A stretch of DNA of 63,964 nt, the filler included, from Sandaracinaceae bacterium (GTDB taxonomy: Bacteria; Myxococcota_A; Polyangia; Polyangiales; JADJQN01), in the NCBI GenBank assembly GCA_947483975.1. It is 10 parts of 10 records of this genome, joined end to end, with 100 filler letters (N's around TTAATTAATTAA, not from the genome) between each part and the next. Parts side by side here need not be neighbours in the genome. Positions count along the whole stretch, not along the records: positions 40,479 to 47,058 come from CANKOL010000300.1; positions 47,159 to 53,505 come from CANKOL010000303.1; 8 more parts are not named here. The stretch is one strand, 5' to 3'. A program made the position numbers and the translations under genes. The notes under the pieces were generated by a model that was not told the origin of the DNA, made no database searches, and was given only the letters and a program-made list of their open reading frames with translations. The first letter of the stretch is position 1. The number at the start of each line of letters is the position of its first letter. Positions 40,479-52,188 of the stretch are shown piece by piece.

Positions 40479-41525
40479 CACCGCCATGCCGTCGCAGGTC
40501 TCTACGACGTCGCAGGTGCCCGCCGCCGCGCGACAAGCCTGCCCCGCGGCACTCACGCCGCACACTCCGTCGACAGCCGCGCCGGCCGCGACCGCGCACG
40601 CGAGGCAGTCCGTCGCGCCGGCGCCGCAGGCGCTGTCACAGCAGACTCCGTCGACGCAGAAGCCGCTCACGCAGGTGCTGCCGGCGCCGCAAACTGCGCC
40701 GTTCGCGAGCGGGCCGACGCTCCAGTTGAGGATCGTCGCGACCTCGTCGGCCGTGAGGGACGCGAAGATGGCCGCGGGCATCGCGTCGAGCGCGGTGGAG
40801 TTCGTGATCGAAGCCGCGCGGCTCGCGTTCTGCGACTCGAGGCTCATCAGTCGGCGCGTCGCGCCCACGGGGACCGTGAACGAGTACCGAGCCAGCGTGC
40901 CGTTCGTAGCGGCGCAGTCGTAGACCGTCATGCTGACGAACGTCGGCGGCATGCCGCCCGAGCCCCAGACGTTGTGCCCCATGCTCGGGTCGCCGGAGCC
41001 GTCGCTCGAGTCGTCCGTCGTCAGCCAGCGATCCGCCTCCGTGAAGAGCAGGTCGCCCGAGAAGCTGCCGGTCACGACCGTGCCGGCGTCGGAGCCGAGG
41101 TTGCTCTGGATCTCGACGGTCACCGTGATCGGCGACGCGGTCGTGTTCGTGAACTCCTCGACGAAGCGCGCCCAGCCGGCGCCAGCCGCCGTGGGGACGT
41201 ACACGCGCCGCCGCACGGTGAGCCCGTTCATCGTCGCGGGCCCGAGCGTGAGCTCGCGGCCGTCAGGCGACGTCGCGAGCGTGGACGCGGGGAACGCGAC
41301 GCCGTCGACGAACAGCGACATGCCCTGGTCGTACGCGTCGACAGAGCCGTTGCCGACGACGCCGTTGAGCTCGATGTCCCAGAGGAACGCGTTGCCATCG
41401 GTCAGGCTCCCGGCCGCAGCCGACCCCGTGCACTGCGCCTGCGCGGGCTGCGCCCAGGCGCTCCCCGCCAGCACCGCAGCCACGACCAGACCCGCGTTGA
41501 CCCCGACCCGCAATGACACTGGCAT
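40479..41525 (-). CDS. Secreted protein with an N-terminal beta-domain and Cys-rich repeats (3'-truncated)
   Basis: Signal peptide; domain paralogous to the N-terminus of 1329-3206; CVSGFCVDGVCCDSAC and CRAAAGTCDVVETCDG repeats. Confidence 0.8.
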
Positions 41526-41682
41526 ACGCTCCTCCGATTCTCGGCCGAACCTGCGGGAGCGCGCTCGGGAAGTCAAAGCCCGCTGCGGCCACCGGCGATG
41601 CGGTGGGGGCGCAGCGCGCGAGGACTCGCGACGACGTGGCCAACGACAACGACCGCTGCGGCGCCTGCTAGAGTCCGCGCCG

Positions 41683-43047
41683 ATGAAGGCCATGCTCGCG
41701 GCAGCTCGCGGCTCGCTCGGCGTGCTCGCGCTCATCGCGCTGACGGCGTGCGGCGGGGCGCAGGCGCGCGCCCGAGACACCACCGTGGTTGCGAGCGCGC
41801 CCCCCGCCGCTGCGCCGCCCGACGCCGCCATCCCGGACGCGGCCGACGAGGGGCGCGCACCGACCGCGACCGAGGCGCGCACGATCGAGAGCTTGCTCTC
41901 CGTCGCCGAGCACGTCCGCGGGCTGCGCTTCACGCACGCGGTGCGCGTGCGCGTGCAAGACAGCGTGACCATCAGCGAGAGCCTGTCGCGCGAGATGGAG
42001 GAAGAAGACCTGCTCGAGAGCCGCGACCTCTACGTCGCGCTCGGGCTGCTCGCCCCCGACGTCGACGTCCGCACGCTGCTGCTCCGCGTCCTCGGCGAGC
42101 AGGTCGTCGGCTACTACGACACCAAGCACAAGTACCTCGTCGTGCGCGACGACGTGCTCGCTGGGCTCGTGCGCGCGCGGCAGCGCAGCGGCGCGATGGT
42201 CGACGAGGGCGGCATGGTGCTCGTGCACGAGCTCGTGCACGCCTTGCAAGATCAGGTGCTCGGGCTCGGCGCGAGCTACGAGGCCGAGCGCTCGATCGAC
42301 GAGGGGAACGCGTTTCACGCGCTCGTCGAAGGCGACGCGACGCTCGCGATGATCGGCTACCTCGCGGAGCGCGCCGGCGGCGACCTCGACCAGCTGACGA
42401 ATCGCCCCGAGGTGCTGCGCGCCGCGCTCGACAGCGGCCCGGCGGCGGCGGGCTCTACCGAGCTGCTCAGCGCCCCGCCGATCGTGCGCGTGCCGCTGCT
42501 CTCGGCGTACTTCGACGGCCTGCTCTTCTGCGCGAGCCTGCACGCGCGCGGCCGCTGGAGCGGCGTGAATCGCGCCTACACGGGGCTCCCGGCGTCGAGT
42601 GAGCAGGTGCTGCACCCCGAGCGTTTTGCGCGGAACGAGCCGCCCGAGGCCGTCGTCGTCCCTGCGCTGCCGGAGCTCAGCGCCGCGGGCGTGCAGACCG
42701 TCCGCGAGGACACCATCGGCGAGCTCGAGCTGGGCGTCTACTTCGGCCTCGGGCTCCCTGAAGCCGACGCCAAGCGCGCCGCCGACGGCTGGGCGGGCGA
42801 CCGCGTCCGCATTCTCCGCGGCGCCGACGGCACGCTCGGCGCTGTGTGGCTCACGCGCTGGGATAGCGAGCCCGAGGCCGTCGAAGCCGAGAGCGCCGCG
42901 CAGCGCGTGATGGACGCCGCGCCGAGCCCGCAGCGCGCGAGCTTCGCGGTCGCGCGACGCGGGCGCGACGTGCTCCTCGTGCGCGGGCTGCGCCCAGAGC
43001 TTCACCCCGCGGTGCTGGCGGCGTTCACGAGCGTCGCCGCCGAGTGA
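41683..43047 (+). CDS. Lipoprotein zinc metallopeptidase-like (HExxH...E)
   Basis: Lipobox LTAC; VVGYYD, LVHELVHALQDQ, ALVEGDAT, PASSEQVLHPE, AADGWAGD. Confidence 0.8.
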   Translation: MKAMLAAARGSLGVLALIALTACGGAQARARDTTVVASAPPAAAPPDAAIPDAADEGRAPTATEARTIESLLSVAEHVRGLRFTHAVRVRVQDSVTISESLSREMEEEDLLESRDLYVALGLLAPDVDVRTLLLRVLGEQVVGYYDTKHKYLVVRDDVLAGLVRARQRSGAMVDEGGMVLVHELVHALQDQVLGLGASYEAERSIDEGNAFHALVEGDATLAMIGYLAERAGGDLDQLTNRPEVLRAALDSGPAAAGSTELLSAPPIVRVPLLSAYFDGLLFCASLHARGRWSGVNRAYTGLPASSEQVLHPERFARNEPPEAVVVPALPELSAAGVQTVREDTIGELELGVYFGLGLPEADAKRAADGWAGDRVRILRGADGTLGAVWLTRWDSEPEAVEAESAAQRVMDAAPSPQRASFAVARRGRDVLLVRGLRPELHPAVLAAFTSVAAE

Positions 43048-43105
43048 CGCGAGCGTCCGCGCGGCGCGCCCCGCGGCGAAGACGCCAGCGCGGTCGTGGA
43101 TGCGC

Positions 43106-44032
43106 TCAGCTACCCGGCGGCAAGAGCGTCGGCGCGCAGAAGCTTCCCACATCGCAATACGGCAGACCGTCGCAGGGGGCTGCGGGCGGCGTCATCGTGT
43201 TCGCAGCGTGGAGGAAGTATTGCCCCAGACGCCGGCCACACAGCGTGAAGCGGTCGACGGCCCCGGCGACGTTGACGGCGACGTCGATCCCGACGAGGTC
43301 GCCGGAGGCGAGCAACCCGCTGGTCAGAAAGACGTCATCGCGCCGGACGAAGGCCTCGACCGCGTAGCCATCGGCCGTTCGCACAGCGATGACCCGCCCG
43401 GCGTCCCATGCCGCCCGAGCGCGACCGTCGACGTAACCGACGGCGTGCGACGAGCTTGCGCCCGAAGGCGCCGGGATGACGAGCTGACGCGTGCCCGGCG
43501 CGTCGTACGCTGGCGGCGCGGCGAAGACGCCGTCCGCGTCGAAGTAGACCTCCACCCCATCGCCGCAGTATTCCTGGCTGAAGCTCCACGGCGGTCGCAC
43601 CGTCGGCGTGATGACGTGCACGAAGAAGTAGACGCCGTCGGGGTGCCAGGCGACGACCAATTCCGCGCGGTGTCCGGTCGGGATCGGCTCGACGACGGTC
43701 CAGCCCTGCGGAACGAACGGCTCGAGCGCGAGGCCACATTCAACGATGCCGTCAATCACGGGCACCTCGGGGATGGCCCGCAGGCGTTCGCACGCGGGGA
43801 ACGTGCTCGGCCCCGGGCAGCGTCCGGCGTCGAGCGTCGGCGCTGCGTCGCGCGGCGCGTCGGCGCTCGCGTCGGCACTCGCATCGACGCCCAGGTCGCG
43901 CGCGGCATCGAAGCCGAGGTCAGCGCCGACCTCACCCTCATCGAAGCCGACGTGCCCGCAACCGGCTGCAAGCACCGACGCCGCAACGACGGTGACGATC
44001 ACGGCTCCCGTGAACGAACAAGCGGCCCCCAT
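43106..44032 (-). CDS. Lipoprotein with a CBM9/DOMON-like sugar-binding domain
   Basis: Lipobox AAGC; PVIDG, VAWHPDGVYFFVHV, GDGVEVYFD, GYAVEAFV, VGIDVAVN. Confidence 0.7.
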   Translation of the reverse strand: MGAACSFTGAVIVTVVAASVLAAGCGHVGFDEGEVGADLGFDAARDLGVDASADASADAPRDAAPTLDAGRCPGPSTFPACERLRAIPEVPVIDGIVECGLALEPFVPQGWTVVEPIPTGHRAELVVAWHPDGVYFFVHVITPTVRPPWSFSQEYCGDGVEVYFDADGVFAAPPAYDAPGTRQLVIPAPSGASSSHAVGYVDGRARAAWDAGRVIAVRTADGYAVEAFVRRDDVFLTSGLLASGDLVGIDVAVNVAGAVDRFTLCGRRLGQYFLHAANTMTPPAAPCDGLPYCDVGSFCAPTLLPPGS

Positions 44033-44084
44033 GCCGGACCTGTAGCGCGGAATTGGCGAACGCGCGATGCCACCGAGCGACGAG

Positions 44085-44600
44085 CTATCCGGCGCTCATC
44101 GCGAACGTTGCCGTGATCGCCGTCGTCCCCGTCGTCGAGAACCACTCGGGGTACAGCCGAAACGACGAGTGTTCGCCCCCGTACGTAGCCATGGTGGTCA
44201 GGTAGACCGGGTCGAGCGGATTGAGCGCGAGCAGGTAGTGGAGATAGCTCTCTGCCCGCGCGCACATCGTCCGCGACACGGTACGTGTAGGAGCGCGTGT
44301 CGAGCGACGCGAGATCGAGGTACTAGTCGCCAGGCGTGCTGAACGCCTAGAACTCGACCCGCGAGGAGTCGTCTCCCGAGTCCTCGTCGAGCGCGGAGGC
44401 GCCGGACGAATAGGTGCCTGCGAGTGAGTTGTCAGCCGCAGAGCGCAGCTCCACCGACACGCCCGGGTCTCCGAGCACCACGGCGACCTTCGCGTCCGTC
44501 GTGCGCCAGCCGAAGTTGTCGACGCGGAGCACCGTGCCGACGCTTCCGAGGAGCGCGATGGCGGGGCCCGCGTCGAGGAGCGCGACGTGCGCGTCCCCTG
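44085..44600 (-). pseudogene. Collapsed glycoside hydrolase family 9 (cellulase) remnant
   Basis: Ig-like N-terminal piece LRVDNFGWRTTDAKVAVV...DEDSGD...EF* (stop 44347-44349); about 100 bp later, in another frame, AESYLHYLLALNPLDPVYLTTM...GGEHS...YPEWF. Confidence 0.65.
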
Positions 44601-44635
44601 GGCTGCCGCCCCGACCTCACGATAAGCTCGCGCCC

Positions 44636-45457
44636 ATGTGCTGCTTCTCGCGGGCCGTGCCGCTCGTCGCGTCGACCAAGATCTTCGCGCGCCCGCTCGG
44701 TGGGACGCGCCAGGCGCTCGCGTACGCGATGGACTTCGCGGCGGCCGAAGACCTCGCGCTCGTGCTGCCGATTCCAACGCCGATCGGTGCCGGCGACGAC
44801 GCCGTCGAGTTCGTCGACCTGTCGGCGTGTCCCGACTTCTTCGCGCGCCTCGAGCGCGCCTTCCCGCTTCTCGTGGCGCGCTCCACCGCGCTGGCGTTCG
44901 CGCCTCAGTCGCGGCGTCAGCCCGCGCCGCCACTCGTCGTGCATGAGGTGGGCGACTTCCAAGCGTCCTTCGTCCCGTCGGTCGCCGACTTCGCGCGCCT
45001 CGACGCCCGGTTCCGTTTGCCGGTGAAAGTGTGGGACACGCTGCCGCTTCACCGGACCTACGGCTTCGTCGTTGCCAAGCTGCGCGCGACGGGGACCGGC
45101 TTCTTCGCGAAGCTCGCGGGCGGGACACCGAAGCGTCACACGCTCCATCCGCTCGCGTTCACCTTCCCGCGCCGCGACCCCTCGCGAGTCTTCTTTCCGA
45201 CGGTGCACGTCCACGACGGCGAGGCGCATGCCGAGGCGACGTTCGACCACGCGCTCTACGTCCAAGCGCCTGTCGTGCCGCCCGCGGGGAGCGACGCGAC
45301 CATTCGGGCGATTGAATGGGAGCACGCCACCGGCTCCGCGGCGTCCGTCATGGACTCGACGCTCGGCGCGGGGCTCCTCGCTGCGCACGAGCCGATGGCG
45401 CGCGCGTTCGTTCATGGCGAGCGCGCCAACGAAGACCTCACCGTCCTTGCGGGTTGA
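44636..45457 (+). CDS. Conserved hypothetical protein (MCCFS... family)
   Basis: MCCFSR..V..TKIFAR, LVLPIP, VEFVDLS, HEVGDFQASFVPS, FFPTVHVHDG, FDHALY. Confidence 0.7.
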   Translation: MCCFSRAVPLVASTKIFARPLGGTRQALAYAMDFAAAEDLALVLPIPTPIGAGDDAVEFVDLSACPDFFARLERAFPLLVARSTALAFAPQSRRQPAPPLVVHEVGDFQASFVPSVADFARLDARFRLPVKVWDTLPLHRTYGFVVAKLRATGTGFFAKLAGGTPKRHTLHPLAFTFPRRDPSRVFFPTVHVHDGEAHAEATFDHALYVQAPVVPPAGSDATIRAIEWEHATGSAASVMDSTLGAGLLAAHEPMARAFVHGERANEDLTVLAG

Positions 45458-45606
45458 GCGCGCCCCGCGTCGGCAGAGGACCGACTGTCGGTGAGCAGCG
45501 GTTCTCGCGCCCACCCGCGCCGCCACCCGCGCCACCGTGCAGCCGCTCGCGGTGACCGATGCATCGCCGAAGCAGAGCGCAAGGCGATGTGACACTCTCC
45601 AACTCG

Positions 45607-47058
<1,452 letters not shown>

Positions 47059-47264
47059 NNNNNNNNNNNNNNNNNNNNNNNNNNNNNNNNNNNNNNNNNN
47101 NNTTAATTAATTAANNNNNNNNNNNNNNNNNNNNNNNNNNNNNNNNNNNNNNNNNNNNGCTCGAGGCGCGCGCGGCGACGCTCGCCGTCAGCCTCGAGGC
47201 CGACGGCGGGAGCGTGCGCGTGTTCGGCCGAGCGTCCTGAGGCCCGCGCCTCGGGCGCGAGGCG

Positions 47265-49028
47265 TCAGAGGGCCGGGACGCCGGGCGTGCCGCCCGGGTT
47301 CGGCTGGCGAGAGATGCCGCCGCCCGCGGGCTCGGCCATGGACGAGTCGCGCCGCACGAGCTCATCGAGCAGATCGCGACACTCAGGCTTGCCGCGCAGA
47401 TGCTGCATCAGCAGCGTCGACGCCTCGCCGAAGGCCTTCTCGAAGGTGAGCGCCTCGCGCACGCGCTTGGCGATGCGGTCGCGGCCGGACGAGAGATCCG
47501 TCTCGAGCGCGTCGCCGTAGCGCTGCAGCTGCGCCCTGAGGTCGTCGATCTGCCGGCGCAGATCGCGGGCGATCGTCTCGCGCGCCTGCGCCCGCGCCTC
47601 GTGATCGGCCGACACGCTCTTGAGCGCCTCGACCGTCGCGCGGGCCGCGCCGACCTCCTCGAAGACCGCGCGGGCGACCGACAGCGACGCGGTGCCTGCG
47701 CGCTCGGCGGCGCCTGCGCGCTCGGCGGCTGCGCGGAGCCGCGTCTCGGCCTCGGTGACGCGCTCGATGACGCGCGCTGCGCGCTCGCGCTCGTCGGAGG
47801 CCGCACGGAGCGCGCGGGACTCTTCGTGGGCGAGCTCCTCGACCTTGCGGCCGATCTCTGCGCGGAGCGCACGCCCGCGGCGCTCGATCGCCTCGAGCTT
47901 GCGCGAGAGCGAGGCCAGCTCGCCCTCGAGGCGTGACGCCTTGGCGGCGAGCTCCCACACCGCGTCGGACGCCTGCTGCACGTCGGGCGGCGGGCCGCCG
48001 TTCGGGTGAGCGCGGGCGACCATCCGGGCAAATTGCGTCGCGCGCGCGCCCCACTCGACGACGCCCGGCGTCGCGGGCGGCGGAGGAGGCGGTGCGGCGG
48101 CGACCGGCGCGTCGCCCTGCTGCACGTCCCACTGCGTCGAGGGCAGCGAGCGCTGGAAGGCCTTCAGCTCCTCTTGGAGATGGTGGCCGTCGCGGAAGCG
48201 GCGGCGCGGGTCCTTCTCGAGGAGGCGCAGGATGATCGCCTCGGCCTGCGGCGGGAGGTCGGGCCGCAGCGCGCGGGGGCGCGGGGGCGGCGCGCTGCGC
48301 TGCATCTCGAGCAGCGTCTCGCGATCGCTCGAGCGGAACGGGAGCTGCCCCGTCGCCATCTCGAAGAAGAGGATGCCGAGCGCGTAGAGGTCGCTCACCG
48401 GCTGCGCGTCGTCGCCGCGCGCCTGCTCGGGGGACATGTACTCCGGCGTGCCGAAGACGGCGCCCTTCGGCGCGAGGCGCGGATCGCGCGCGAGCGCGGC
48501 CAGCCCGAAGTCGAGGATCTTCACGAAGTCGCGCCGACCGCCGCGCACCGTGAGCATGATGTTGTCGCTCTTCAGGTCGCGATGGATGACGCCGAGGTCG
48601 TGCGCGCGGGCGAGCGCCGCGCACATCTGCTCGATGACGTCGACGGCGCGAGCGATCGGCATCTGCCCCTTGGCGATCTCCGCCGAGAGCGACGAGCCCG
48701 AGAGCAGCTCCATGACGAGATAGAGCTCGCCCTCTTCCGTCTCGCCGACGTCGTGGATCTCCACGATGTGCGCGTGATCGACGCGGTTCGCGGCGCGCGC
48801 CTCGCGCAGCATCCACGCGCGCAGATGCGTCTCGCCGCGCAGGTCGGGGCGGATCAGCTTCAGCGCGACGATGCGCTCGATGAGCACGTGCCTCGCGCGG
48901 TAGACGACGCCCATCCCTCCCTCGCCGAGCCGCGCTTCCAAGCGATAGCGGCCGGCGATCACCTTGCCGAGGAGCTCGTCTTTGGGTCGCCGTGCGGCGG
49001 TCGCGGCGGTCGCGGCTGTCGTGGTCAT
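47265..49028 (-). CDS. Cytoplasmic Ser/Thr kinase with a long C-terminal coiled coil
   Basis: GEGGMG, VALK, HRDLKSDN, DFG, GTPEYMSPE; heptad-rich C-terminus; no TM helix. Confidence 0.93.
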   Translation of the reverse strand: MTTTAATAATAARRPKDELLGKVIAGRYRLEARLGEGGMGVVYRARHVLIERIVALKLIRPDLRGETHLRAWMLREARAANRVDHAHIVEIHDVGETEEGELYLVMELLSGSSLSAEIAKGQMPIARAVDVIEQMCAALARAHDLGVIHRDLKSDNIMLTVRGGRRDFVKILDFGLAALARDPRLAPKGAVFGTPEYMSPEQARGDDAQPVSDLYALGILFFEMATGQLPFRSSDRETLLEMQRSAPPPRPRALRPDLPPQAEAIILRLLEKDPRRRFRDGHHLQEELKAFQRSLPSTQWDVQQGDAPVAAAPPPPPPATPGVVEWGARATQFARMVARAHPNGGPPPDVQQASDAVWELAAKASRLEGELASLSRKLEAIERRGRALRAEIGRKVEELAHEESRALRAASDERERAARVIERVTEAETRLRAAAERAGAAERAGTASLSVARAVFEEVGAARATVEALKSVSADHEARAQARETIARDLRRQIDDLRAQLQRYGDALETDLSSGRDRIAKRVREALTFEKAFGEASTLLMQHLRGKPECRDLLDELVRRDSSMAEPAGGGISRQPNPGGTPGVPAL

Positions 49029-49332
49029 CTGAGCGGAGTTCTCCGTGGGCGACCGCTCGCTGGCGGGCCCTCTGACTGATGGCGAGCCTCTCGACTGCGG
49101 GCCTCGCTCGCCGAGAGTCGCACAGCGTACTACGGGCGCTTTGCGAAAGTCCTGATCGTGGTGTCGGTGCGGATCTTTACACGCGGCGTCTGGGAATCGC
49201 CTCTGGAAGCTAGACGGACCGCGCGCGGAGTCTTGAAGGGCAGGCGAACGCGAACGTACCCTGGTATGGGTCAGTGTCGGCTCCGAACTCGTCCGCTCGA
49301 CGCGCGAGGAGCGGCCTCGACCCAGGTGGCCA

Positions 49333-51306
49333 GTGACGCAGCGTCCCGTCGGACCGTATCTCGTGGAGTCTCGCCTCGCCGCCGGCGGGATGGCCGAGGT
49401 CTTCATCGCGAAGCGGGTCGGGCCCCACGGCTTCAGCAAGCGGGTCGCGCTCAAGCGAATTCTCCCGCAATACGCCCGCGATCCGGACTTCGTCGCGATG
49501 TTCATCGCGGAGGCGCGGCTCGCGGCGCAGCTCGATCACCCGAACATCGTGCAGGTCTTCGACTTCGGGGAGCTCGAGGGCGGGCTCTTCCTCGCGATGG
49601 AATTGGTGACGGGGACGACCGTCAACCGGCTCCTGCGGACGGTCGCCGCCCGCGGTGAGAACGTGCCCCCGGACGTCGCGCTCGAGATCGCCTGGGAGAC
49701 GGCGCGCGCGCTCGCCTACGCGCACGCGCTGAAGGGCGAAGAGGGGCAGCCGCTCTCGCTGGTGCACCGCGACGTCAGCCCCGCGAACATCCTGCTGACG
49801 CGCACCGGCAACGTGAAGCTCTCGGACTTCGGCATCGCGCGCGCGTCGAGCGTCGACCGCCGCACGGACCAAGGGCGGCTGCGCGGCAAGCTCGGCTATA
49901 TGTCGCCCGAGCAGGTGATGGGGAAGCCGCTCGACGGGCGGAGCGACGTCTTCACGCTCGTCACCGTGCTCGCGGAGATGCTCCTCGCCGAGCCGCTCTT
50001 CGGCACCGGCACGGACATCGACATCCTGCTGCGGATTCGGGACGTCGACCTGCGCGTGCTGCAGCGCACGGAGCAGCGCATCCCGAACGAGGTGCGGCGC
50101 CTGCTGACGCTCGGGCTCGAGCGCGACCCCGCGAACCGCCCGGACTCGGTCGAGCTCGCCGAGGCGATCGGCACGCTCGTGCGCAAGCGCGGCAAGGACG
50201 CGGGACCGGAGCGCGTCGCGCGGCTGCTCGCGCGCCTGGAGCTCGTCGAGCCGATGCGCCCCGAGGACGCGCTCGGCGCGGAGCTGTCGACGACGCTCCT
50301 CCCGCTCGAGGCGCCGGGCGCGGGCGCCGTCTCGGTCGAGTCCGAGACGGCGGCGCAGGGCGTGCGGGCGACGACGCCGGCGATCTGGCGCGTGCGGCTC
50401 GCGGACGGGCGGCTGCTCGGGCCGGTCTCGTTCCCGAAGCTGGTCGAGCTGATCACGACGGGCGTGATCGGTCTCGACACGGAGATCGCGAAGGGCGACG
50501 CGGCGTTTCAGCCGCCGGGCGCGTTCCCCGAGCTGACGCGCTTCGTCACCTCGCCCGCGCTGCAGTGGAACGAGCACGAGACCGACGCGCCGACCTGGAA
50601 GGGCCCGAACACGCCCGGCGCGCTCCTGCCGATCGTGTTTCAGCTCGTCACGCGGCGCGAGACGGGCGTGCTGCACCTGCACGAGGCGGAGCGGCGCAAG
50701 AAGATCTACTTCGTCGAGGGGCGCCCGGAGTTCGTCGCGTCGACCGACCGGCGCGAGCTGCTCGGCGAGTTCCTCGTGCAGGAGGGGCTCGTGCTGCGCA
50801 TGGAGATGGAGATGGCGCTCGCGCTCTTGCCTCGCTACGGCGGGCGGCTCGGCGACGCGCTCGTCGGGCTCGGCGTGCTGCGCCCGGTGGAGCTCTTTCG
50901 CGCGATCTCCGCGCAGGTGACGGCGCGCTACCTCGAGGCGTTCCGCTGGTCGCGCGGCGAGTGGCTCTACGTGCGCGACGCGCGCAGCCACGAGGAGACG
51001 TTCCCGCTCGGCAAAGACCCGTACGAGCTGCTGCGCGAAGCGGTCGTCGCGATGCACATCGACGCGGTGCAGGCGGCGCTCACGCCGCTCGGCGAGCGGG
51101 TGCTCGTGCGCGCGCCGGCGCCGCTGGTGCCGCTCTCGGCGTATCGCGTGCCGAAGACGTGGCTGCGCGTGCTCGGCGCGGTGCGCGGCGACGTCACGCT
51201 CCCCGGGCTCGTCGTGCGCGAGGCGGCGAGCGGCGACTCCGACCCCGAGGACGTCTACCGCGCCATCTATCTCGGCGTCTCCTGCGGCCTCATCCTCGCG
51301 CGCTGA
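49333..51306 (+). CDS. Ser/Thr kinase with GYF-like and DUF4388/MshEN-like modules
   Basis: GGMAEVF, HRDVSPAN, DFG, GKLGYMSPE; WRVR...GPVSF; RETGVLHL..RKKIYFVEG; LLGEFLVQEG...RLGDALVGLG. Confidence 0.9.
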   Translation: MTQRPVGPYLVESRLAAGGMAEVFIAKRVGPHGFSKRVALKRILPQYARDPDFVAMFIAEARLAAQLDHPNIVQVFDFGELEGGLFLAMELVTGTTVNRLLRTVAARGENVPPDVALEIAWETARALAYAHALKGEEGQPLSLVHRDVSPANILLTRTGNVKLSDFGIARASSVDRRTDQGRLRGKLGYMSPEQVMGKPLDGRSDVFTLVTVLAEMLLAEPLFGTGTDIDILLRIRDVDLRVLQRTEQRIPNEVRRLLTLGLERDPANRPDSVELAEAIGTLVRKRGKDAGPERVARLLARLELVEPMRPEDALGAELSTTLLPLEAPGAGAVSVESETAAQGVRATTPAIWRVRLADGRLLGPVSFPKLVELITTGVIGLDTEIAKGDAAFQPPGAFPELTRFVTSPALQWNEHETDAPTWKGPNTPGALLPIVFQLVTRRETGVLHLHEAERRKKIYFVEGRPEFVASTDRRELLGEFLVQEGLVLRMEMEMALALLPRYGGRLGDALVGLGVLRPVELFRAISAQVTARYLEAFRWSRGEWLYVRDARSHEETFPLGKDPYELLREAVVAMHIDAVQAALTPLGERVLVRAPAPLVPLSAYRVPKTWLRVLGAVRGDVTLPGLVVREAASGDSDPEDVYRAIYLGVSCGLILAR

Positions 51307-51332
51307 CGAGGCCTCATGCTACAGGCCGGACC

Positions 51333-52157
51333 ATGCTGCCGTTCGCGCTGACCCTCCCGAAGACCGGCCGCACGCCGGTCGTGGTGGAGGTCCCGCACGC
51401 CGGCTTGTCGATCCCGAGGGCGCTCCGCGGCGAGACGGTCGTGGACGAGCGGACGGTGATGCGCGACGCGGATCTCTACGTCGACAAGCTCTACGCCGAC
51501 GCCCCCGCGCGCGGCGCGGCGCTCCTGACGGCGCCGTTCTCGCGCTACGTCGTCGACCTCAACCGCGCGCCCGACGACATCGACCTCGCGACGGTCCCCG
51601 ACCACCCCGCGCCGCGCGGCAAGCAGCCCCGCGGCGTCGTCTGGCGCCTGACGACCGACGGGCGCCCCTCGCTCCGGGAGCCGCTCACGTACGCGGCGTT
51701 TCAGGACCGCGTCGCCCGCTATCACGCGCCCTACCATCAGGCGCTCCGCGAGGAGCTCGAGCGCACGCGGGCGCGCTTCGGCTTCGCGGTGTTGGTGGCG
51801 GGGCACTCGATGCCGAGCGTCGGTCGCGCGGGGCACGCCGACACCGGCACGCGCCGCGCGGACATCGTGCCGGGCACGCTCGGCCGCACGAGCGCCGCGC
51901 GCCGCCTGATCGAGGTCGTCGACGCGCACTTCCGCGACGCGGGCCTGAGCGTGCGGCACGACGACCCGTACCGCGGGGGCTTCACGACGCAGCACTACGG
52001 GCGCCCGAGCGAGGGCTGCCACGTCGTGCAGATCGAGCTGAACCGCGCGCTCTACGTGCACGAGGACACCGGCCAGAAGAAGCGCGGCGACTTCAAGCGC
52101 CTGCAACGCTTGCTCGGAGACCTCGTCGAGAAGCTCGGGACGCTCGACCCGCGCTGA
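51333..52157 (+). CDS. N-formylglutamate amidohydrolase family protein
   Basis: EVPHAG, DADLYVDKLY, SRYVVDLNR, PYH, HSMPS, DIVPG, PYRGG, QIELNRALY. Confidence 0.9.
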   Translation: MLPFALTLPKTGRTPVVVEVPHAGLSIPRALRGETVVDERTVMRDADLYVDKLYADAPARGAALLTAPFSRYVVDLNRAPDDIDLATVPDHPAPRGKQPRGVVWRLTTDGRPSLREPLTYAAFQDRVARYHAPYHQALREELERTRARFGFAVLVAGHSMPSVGRAGHADTGTRRADIVPGTLGRTSAARRLIEVVDAHFRDAGLSVRHDDPYRGGFTTQHYGRPSEGCHVVQIELNRALYVHEDTGQKKRGDFKRLQRLLGDLVEKLGTLDPR

Positions 52158-52188
52158 CTAGCAAACTATTGGGTCGGACCCGCGCTAG

